Positions 54,423 to 54,536 of a stretch of 54,536 bases of DNA are shown here, one piece after another. The notes under the pieces are model-generated. The model was not told the DNA's origin and did not search any database. It saw only the letters and a program-made list of their open reading frames with translations. Where the stretch lies: NCBI GenBank assembly GCA_021736605.1, contig JAIPFQ010000001.1, forward strand, positions 1 through 54,536. Direction: 5' to 3'. The DNA comes from Spirochaetales bacterium. Its GTDB lineage: Bacteria; Spirochaetota; Spirochaetia; PWKH01. Within the stretch, counting starts at the first letter, position 1. The number at the start of each line of letters is the position of its first letter. The position numbers and the translations under genes are program-made.

Positions 54423-54536
54423 ATGGCGAAAGTGAAAGTAGGAGTAGCAGGATACGGAGTAATCGGCCAGCGATTGGCAGACGGAGTAGCCCTGCAGGGA
54501 GATATGGAGCTGATAGGAGTGGCGGATGTAGCGCCG
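54423..54536 (+). CDS. NAD(P)-dependent dehydrogenase resembling type II (archaeal-type) glyceraldehyde-3-phosphate dehydrogenase; 5' part only
   Basis: Not in the ORF track because it is open at the window edge. ATG 54423 follows CAGGAGGAATAT. MAKVKVGVAGYGVIGQRLADGVALQGDMELIGVADVAP closely parallels the GYGTVGKRVADA..QDDM.VIGV N-terminus of type II GAPDH. A meso-DAP dehydrogenase-like fold cannot be excluded from 38 aa. Confidence 0.45.
   Translation, partial: MAKVKVGVAGYGVIGQRLADGVALQGDMELIGVADVAP

Noticed and set aside
1-54536. Search for CRISPR arrays, tRNA/rRNA genes, insertion sequences, integrases, toxin-antitoxin pairs and classical defence genes
   Set aside because: I found no arrays of repeats with spacers. 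The only tandem repeats are 2-3 units of 8-16 bp. I saw no cloverleaf-capable GC-rich intergenic segments and no transposase, recombinase, nuclease-ATPase or restriction-like ORFs.

Overview
This is a 54.5-kb chromosomal segment from an AT-rich bacterium. Its gene repertoire suggests an anaerobic, saccharolytic organism, possibly a spirochaete, but that cannot be verified here. All family calls come from motif recognition by eye; no searches were run. I support about 49 protein-coding genes. I found no rRNA or tRNA genes, no CRISPR array, and no transposase, integrase or phage genes.

The backbone is housekeeping: pfp, manA, asnS, an acyl-CoA ligase, DAHP synthase, ackA, mgtE, murB, cysS, an ECF sigma/anti-sigma pair, valS, glyA, a U32-family protein, lon, recO-thpR-recJ and rpsU.

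Four accessory parts stand out:
1. An AT-rich islet at 4.2-7.5 kb. It holds two orphan LuxR-type regulators with degenerate receiver domains, a small OMP-like protein, and a secreted glycine-zipper peptide with a membrane partner. It is bounded by hairpins.
2. A ROK regulator, sugar ABC transporter and cytoplasmic GH9 plus GH20 hydrolases at 13.3-21.6 kb. This is probably an amino-sugar oligosaccharide locus.
3. A secreted stand-alone C39-like cysteine peptidase paired with an orphan beta-rich secreted protein at 38.4-39.8 kb.
4. The most interesting part, at 44.0-54.5 kb. A URO-D-family gene, a DctPQM TRAP transporter and an operon of Ldh_2 oxidoreductase, creatininase-fold hydrolase, SDR, FucI-like isomerase, HpcH aldolase and a type II GAPDH-like dehydrogenase have three promoters. 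Each promoter carries the same 12-bp palindrome (GACWACGTAWTC) just after its -10 box. I read this as an uncharacterised catabolic regulon whose regulator and substrate are not visible in the window.

Smaller observations:
- rpsU probably starts at a non-canonical AUA codon.
- A URO-D gene relic lies inside the operon.
- There are several short tandem repeats and a repeated 13-nt box.
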